IMG/VR virus record: IMGVR_UViG_3300037343_000158
Span: 1-60,622 of that record
Reading direction: 5' to 3' (one strand)
From: a virus
Lineage: Duplodnaviria > Caudoviricetes
Length of the DNA: 60,622 nt
In this document: piece by piece, positions 57,101-60,622 of the stretch
Layout of the letters: each line of letters starts with the position of its first letter
How positions within the stretch are numbered: position 1 is the stretch's first letter
Program-made: the position numbers and the translations under genes
Notes under the pieces: model-generated
What the model saw: only the letters and a program-made list of their open reading frames with translations
The model's database searches: none
What the model was told of the DNA's origin: nothing

Positions 57101-57491
57101 CTACAATTGCGCCCTGAACTAGACCGCCCAGAGCAGACGCAAACACAATTGAGCCTCTGGCAGCATTGCCCAAAACTCCAACAAGAACTACAAGACCGCT
57201 ACCTAGAGCTCCTATTGAGCCCAAGAGAGCAGGGATACCTGCTACAAGAAAATTCTGAGCTACGCTTAGGTTACGAAATTTGACCCGAGCACGCTCTGCC
57301 TCAGCTTCAAACTGAGGGGTTGAGATTTTTAGTCCGCCGCCCCTTCTAGAGCCGCGGTTAAGGCCCTCGCTCAGCTCTTTCCCAGCTTTGTCTCCAACAC
57401 TACCAATACCGTTTAGGTCACGTTCGACTTGCTTTTTGAATCCAGAAGTGAGAGCGCGGACTACTACATATGCATCACCTACTACTGCCAT
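54153..57491 (-). CDS. tape measure protein
   Basis: 1112 aa helical/coiled-coil; VVGDAYVVVR start; 11-aa aromatic periodicity; IPRLAAGGIV...IGEGG.SERVEPL. Confidence 0.9.
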   Translation of the reverse strand: MAVVGDAYVVVRALTSGFKKQVERDLNGIGSVGDKAGKELSEGLNRGSRRGGGLKISTPQFEAEAERARVKFRNLSVAQNFLVAGIPALLGSIGALGSGLVVLVGVLGNAARGSIVFASALGGLVQGAIVAKVAFRGVSDALSAGLKAQEAAADNSDAQAAAARRLRDARLSLKRLLEEEKPEALAAARERAVRAEEAAADALLGTERATRTYNQAQKNSLNALEDLNEARDDAREKIQQLRFEVEGGAISEKKARLAFEKSRDSLQRVQDLPPNSRARQEAELAFAEAELNLRKAIDNNSDLKKESEASTRAGVEGSKQVVEAKENIAQAQQAELDSGIAAARAIRDASRATEEAAKAAADASAGGTVERDLNRRIATAREQVELAQKAAAKAASGGIDEYRNALEKLSPEAQSFVKFLIEQQEAFDSLRDAAGRALFPKLEESLTIIIGRFKELEPLFEETGSILGDLAVTFAETFFQGENFEKLKAVWSTNNELLGKLGQTAINLLEGFLILLNAAEPLVKVFGDWAVNTSEAWKQTQIFKEKNGELATEFETLQTKIEKITGIFGNYKKAFGGIFDVINQPGGAGDVLLSYFEEASTSFLKFVTDGAKDGSLNKFFIDSTKNFTALLSLLSNLGGGILALGAEAGVGQFIESLDNAVTVFNELGIQLSGKDGPVAQLGELIEQFAILTANLTDVGSIKAFFDTLIITLKIVNTIVGSEFAQAILQAVGPLLGVLLAVGRIVAVFKFLFKAAAGFVLLIKNGLASAMKFFGGLAFKYFGQQGILGFIGRIAAGLTRVISFVIRFLGPIGLIISILITAVPLIIKNWDKIVEFFAGIFTYIGETFSKLWESIITIFQESWGRTVDWWTGTVIPFFTNLGKTIGDAAKAAFDWFLNFFKDAWNGFLSFFTTTIPNWFKGLGKLISNAAGNIFAFFSDLFKDAFNGVKNYFNNTLIPFFKDLPTKIKNAASGLWDWLKDSFKTALNFIIDKWNNFSLDIRIPTNFISKALGVAGLGFTIDTPNIPRLAAGGIVPATRGGMMAVIGEGGRSERVEPLDKDGLSTRDKAMIRLLSGQSGGAATINVYPSAGMNERELAELVSRRLAFELRRGAV

Positions 57492-57510
57492 ACGCTCTCA
57501 CCCCCTTCTT

Positions 57511-57975
57511 CTAACGACTTTCAGGCTGGTCTAGGACCCGCCCAAATGGAAGCGGACTATCCGCATCAAAGTCTGTTGTCGGTGTATATGCCCTTGTGGG
57601 GCGCTTCTGCTGCATTGGGTCTGGAATCACTTCATCGGTGCTGCCTACTAGCCCATCCGAGGGAAGGGTGTCATTAGCATAATTATAGCTTTCTCCTGAT
57701 TTACTGACTCCGTACTTATACGTAGTCCCATACATTTCTCTATATAAAACGGAACGTATTTGTGTCTTAGCTTCGGACTCTTCAGAAGAGCTGACCAGTA
57801 AATCTTCTTCGAAGAAGTAGTGGATGACATCTAACATGTCTGACAGTTCCATTTCTTTAAGCTTTATGCCTTGCACAAGGGCTTTTCCGTTTATATAAGG
57901 CCAAAGGTCAATTGCCCACTCTACGAGTCCTTTGGCCCCGCTGTAGGGCGGCTTGAATACTCCTCTACTAGCCAT
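57511..57975 (-). CDS. tail assembly chaperone, C-terminal part (probably reached by -1 frameshift)
   Basis: Overlaps the upstream chaperone ORF in the -1 frame; directly precedes TMP. Confidence 0.7.
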   Translation of the reverse strand: MASRGVFKPPYSGAKGLVEWAIDLWPYINGKALVQGIKLKEMELSDMLDVIHYFFEEDLLVSSSEESEAKTQIRSVLYREMYGTTYKYGVSKSGESYNYANDTLPSDGLVGSTDEVIPDPMQQKRPTRAYTPTTDFDADSPLPFGRVLDQPESR

Positions 57976-58259
57976 GCGGTGATTTCACCGAGTGTCTCGA
58001 CCGAGACGATGCGAATGGGGTCCCTCAATAGGGTGTCGAAACGGGTGTAGCTTTCCTCTACGAGGACAGCTTTAAAAAACGAGTCAATAGTTTTGGCTAT
58101 TGCGGCTCCGTCGTTTTCGTCTGAGTTAGCCACTAAGTCGAGGAGCATTTTACCCTGCAAAGCTGGGTAACACTCGAAATCTTCTCCGTGGAGCTTAAAC
58201 GAAACAGGCGTATCTGTGACAGCTGAGCCAGCACCGAAGTCCTTAAATCTATTCGTCAT
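57921..58259 (-). CDS. tail assembly chaperone
   Basis: Position before TMP; ends WLVEEYSSRPT. Confidence 0.8.
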   Translation of the reverse strand: MTNRFKDFGAGSAVTDTPVSFKLHGEDFECYPALQGKMLLDLVANSDENDGAAIAKTIDSFFKAVLVEESYTRFDTLLRDPIRIVSVETLGEITAWLVEEYSSRPTAGPKDS

Positions 58260-58317
58260 ACTTCTTCCTTGTCTATGTCATTTACGCACAACTAATGCAG
58301 TGCGTCCTTACTGCTGT

Positions 58318-58710
58318 CTATCTTATCAACTTTAGATTGTCTGATAAATAGCGATTTGGCTTTGTTCCAGGATGCCTTACTAAAGGGGCAAAAACAATTA
58401 CCCCCTTACTAAAGAATCTAAGATGTGTGTTTGGGCCTTTAGGCAGGATTAAATGAGGCTTAGTGCCCTCGTGATGCATGTAGGCATACTTTACAGAGGA
58501 GCCAATCTTTAGATATTGACCTCGGGAATCTCGCATGTGACGCATGTGAATCGATGAGCGCAACTGCCCCGTTTTTACCCCAACTTGAGCTCTAGCAGCG
58601 GTCGTAACCTTAGTTCCTTGCTTTTTAAGGTATCGACCAACTTGTCCACCTGGAGAATTTAGATACTTATCAAGTACTAAATTTCTCCAAACTATGTTTA
58701 CATTTCCCAT
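58318..58710 (-). CDS. HK97 gp10-like neck/tail-completion protein
   Basis: VKTGQLRSSI, YAYMHHEGTKPH, VRHPGTKPNRYL. Confidence 0.8.
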   Translation of the reverse strand: MGNVNIVWRNLVLDKYLNSPGGQVGRYLKKQGTKVTTAARAQVGVKTGQLRSSIHMRHMRDSRGQYLKIGSSVKYAYMHHEGTKPHLILPKGPNTHLRFFSKGVIVFAPLVRHPGTKPNRYLSDNLKLIR

Positions 58711-59222
58711 TATGGGATAGCCATTGTGATGGTCAAACGGGTCGTCTGGAATCCGCCTTCAGGGGAGTCAACGTCTACAGTTGCGATTACGCCGAGGCCT
58801 AGTCCACTGGGCAAGCCGCTCCAGCTTGAGTCAAAATCTCTAACGCTTTCCATAAGAATCCAAGCGTCTAAAGCTGAGACTTCAGTAGCGTCTTGGATGT
58901 TTACAGAGTTTGGCGGGTTCCCGTTAGCCTGAGCTACAGGCACTGCTCGAGATACAGAGACAAGAAGAGTCGCACTTCGTGGGTCGTTACAGCGCCTAGG
59001 CTCGTTGGCTTCGTCGCCAGGAGTTCCAATGTACATCTGGATAAGAGACACAACTAGCTGCTCACAGTCAACCGCGGGGGCTCCAAAAGTGTAATACTTG
59101 CGAGTCGGGACAGGCATGTTGTAAGAATCGTACACAGTCACAACTTTGGAGAGAACTTCTCCAAGAAAGGTTGCTAAGTTTCTAGCGTCGTCATTTACGC
59201 CACTGATGTCTGCTATTGCCAT
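58710..59222 (-). CDS. putative tail terminator protein
   Basis: Position; PAVDCEQLVV, PEGG motifs. Confidence 0.6.
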   Translation of the reverse strand: MAIADISGVNDDARNLATFLGEVLSKVVTVYDSYNMPVPTRKYYTFGAPAVDCEQLVVSLIQMYIGTPGDEANEPRRCNDPRSATLLVSVSRAVPVAQANGNPPNSVNIQDATEVSALDAWILMESVRDFDSSWSGLPSGLGLGVIATVDVDSPEGGFQTTRLTITMAIP

Positions 59223-59241
59223 GTCATTTCTTTCTTATGTA

Positions 59242-60384
59242 TTATGCAATTGCTATTGGTGTTATGCGGCCACCTAGCTGATAGATAACGTTACCCGTTA
59301 CTAAGTTGATTATCTCGTTTACCTCGGGGTTTCCTAAACTTGGTCGACTTGCATATATGTCAATCAATCCAGGATTACGAGGACCTAAAATTCCAAGCAA
59401 CGCTGGGTAGCCCAGAGCGATTCTAATGGTACCGTCTACTCTGTCCAGCTGAGCCTCATTTGAGAAGTCAGTAGTTGTAGAGCTGTTGTAATTAGACACT
59501 GTTGCGTACACGTTCCATGCGCTGTCTTCGGTAAGGAACTCTCCACCAAATTCGTTGATGTAGTAGACCTGCGTGCCACCCTGAGAGTTGAAGTACAAAT
59601 CGTATGAGCTGAGCTCGAAGGCAGGGGACTTGCCGATAATTCGACGAGCACGAGGCTGGTCTGGTGAGAACACTCGAGAACGAGCACGGGCCTTGTCTGG
59701 GTTAACAGCACGCAAGAAGAGGTCAACTGCGTAGATACCAGTTTTGAGCTCGTCAATAAAGTCTTGATTGTCAAGTACTGTGTAAGAGACTCCCTGACGA
59801 GCAACAGAAGTCACACGTTGAGGAAGGGCGCAGGTGTCGTCTCCTGAATAAAGCTTTACTAATTCTGTGGCTAAAAGCCTCGCAGCGGCTCGCCCTGAGG
59901 GGGGAGGAGGAGTTCCGTATGTGTAAGTCACTTCAACGTTTGTCGCGGTCCACGAAGCATTTGGTGTTCCGTAAATTACTGAGTGGTCTGCTAAGTAGTA
60001 AGTGTCTGGGTCAATGAGTTCACCCTGCATATCTCGCATGTTGTGAATCTCAACAACTTTACGTCCTCGCAGTCTTACGCGGGTAAGAGCGTTGGTGCCG
60101 TCTCCAAGAAAGTCATGGTTTGAATAACGACCGTTTCCGCCATTGACAACGTTCTCTACTTTTCCATTAATTAGCTGAGGAGCATGGGACATGCTAGAAG
60201 TCCCAGTGCGAAGATATGGGTCATAGGCAGAAACGTACCGCTCAGTGACGGTGGTGCTACCAGAAAATTTACGCCCTGACATACTCCAGAGCAAGTGAGA
60301 AGCGGTCTTAATTGCATCATATGCGTAATCAGAGTCTGCGTATTCGCCAAGCTCTTCTACATCTACCCACAAGTTACTCATCAA
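59242..60384 (-). CDS. head-to-tail adaptor protein
   Basis: AS.LLWSMSGRKF, VTYTYG.PPP, CALPQRVTSVARQGVS, TGI..VD.FL..VNP. Confidence 0.78.
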   Translation of the reverse strand: MMSNLWVDVEELGEYADSDYAYDAIKTASHLLWSMSGRKFSGSTTVTERYVSAYDPYLRTGTSSMSHAPQLINGKVENVVNGGNGRYSNHDFLGDGTNALTRVRLRGRKVVEIHNMRDMQGELIDPDTYYLADHSVIYGTPNASWTATNVEVTYTYGTPPPPSGRAAARLLATELVKLYSGDDTCALPQRVTSVARQGVSYTVLDNQDFIDELKTGIYAVDLFLRAVNPDKARARSRVFSPDQPRARRIIGKSPAFELSSYDLYFNSQGGTQVYYINEFGGEFLTEDSAWNVYATVSNYNSSTTTDFSNEAQLDRVDGTIRIALGYPALLGILGPRNPGLIDIYASRPSLGNPEVNEIINLVTGNVIYQLGGRITPIAIA

Positions 60385-60399
60385 GGCTCCTTAGATTAG

Positions 60400-60442
60400 A
60401 AAAAGCGGGCAGTTGACGACAGTGTCGTCGTTAACTACCCGC
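60400..60442 (-). terminator. intrinsic terminator
   Basis: Minus strand GCGGGTAGTTAACGAC-GACACT-GTCGTCAACTGCCCGC followed by TTTTT. Confidence 0.7.
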
Positions 60443-60454
60443 CTCATAACTAAA

Positions 60455-60622
60455 TTATACTGTTGGGTCCTCAGTTGACGCAATGATGAAGTCAATTGGG
60501 AGGTCAGGGTTGTAGTACTCGCCGCCAGGTACGTTGTACGTGGTGGTTGAGCCTTGGCTGTCAAAGTCTTGGACTGTGATGTAGCCACGCTGACGGATAG
60601 CTGTTCCAGCAGGTGACACTGG
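60455..60622 (-). CDS. 3' end of a structural gene, possibly the major tail protein (truncated)
   Basis: Open frame PVSPAGTAIRQRGY...IDFIIASTEDPTV-TAA, followed by a terminator. Confidence 0.55.
   Translation of the reverse strand, partial: PVSPAGTAIRQRGYITVQDFDSQGSTTTYNVPGGEYYNPDLPIDFIIASTEDPTV

Noticed and set aside
60391-60588. Track ORF of 65 aa on the minus strand
   Set aside because: Crosses the terminator hairpin; the other frame (60455..60622) is open from the window edge and reads as a structural protein

Overview
About 60.6 kb internal segment of a tailed dsDNA phage, probably a siphovirus of an actinobacterial host. The host inference rests on two WhiB genes, apparent leaderless promoters and actinophage-type tail and replication genes; the moderate GC would fit freshwater Actinobacteria. 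Left to right: (1) an accessory region (1-3 kb) cut into units by five copies of a 20-bp direct repeat, holding a pyruvyltransferase, a structured ncRNA candidate, a PD-(D/E)XK-like protein and an HNH nuclease; (2) thyX, a serine recombinase, an HTH protein and a large terminase carrying a class-3-type intein that begins with Phe; (3) a primase-helicase on the minus strand; (4) a ~26-kb plus-strand block of collagen-like and glycine-rich fibre genes ending in a methyltransferase and a glycosyltransferase; (5) a minus-strand replication/recombination module (2x WhiB, SSB, Sak4-like ATPase, Cas4-like nuclease, SNF2 helicase, RuvC-like, PolA); (6) a minus-strand tail module (fibre, Tal-like, Dit, tape measure, chaperone pair, neck proteins). 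I saw no capsid, portal, tRNA or CRISPR array. GATC and CCGG appear strongly avoided. All family calls come from motif recognition by eye; no searches were run.
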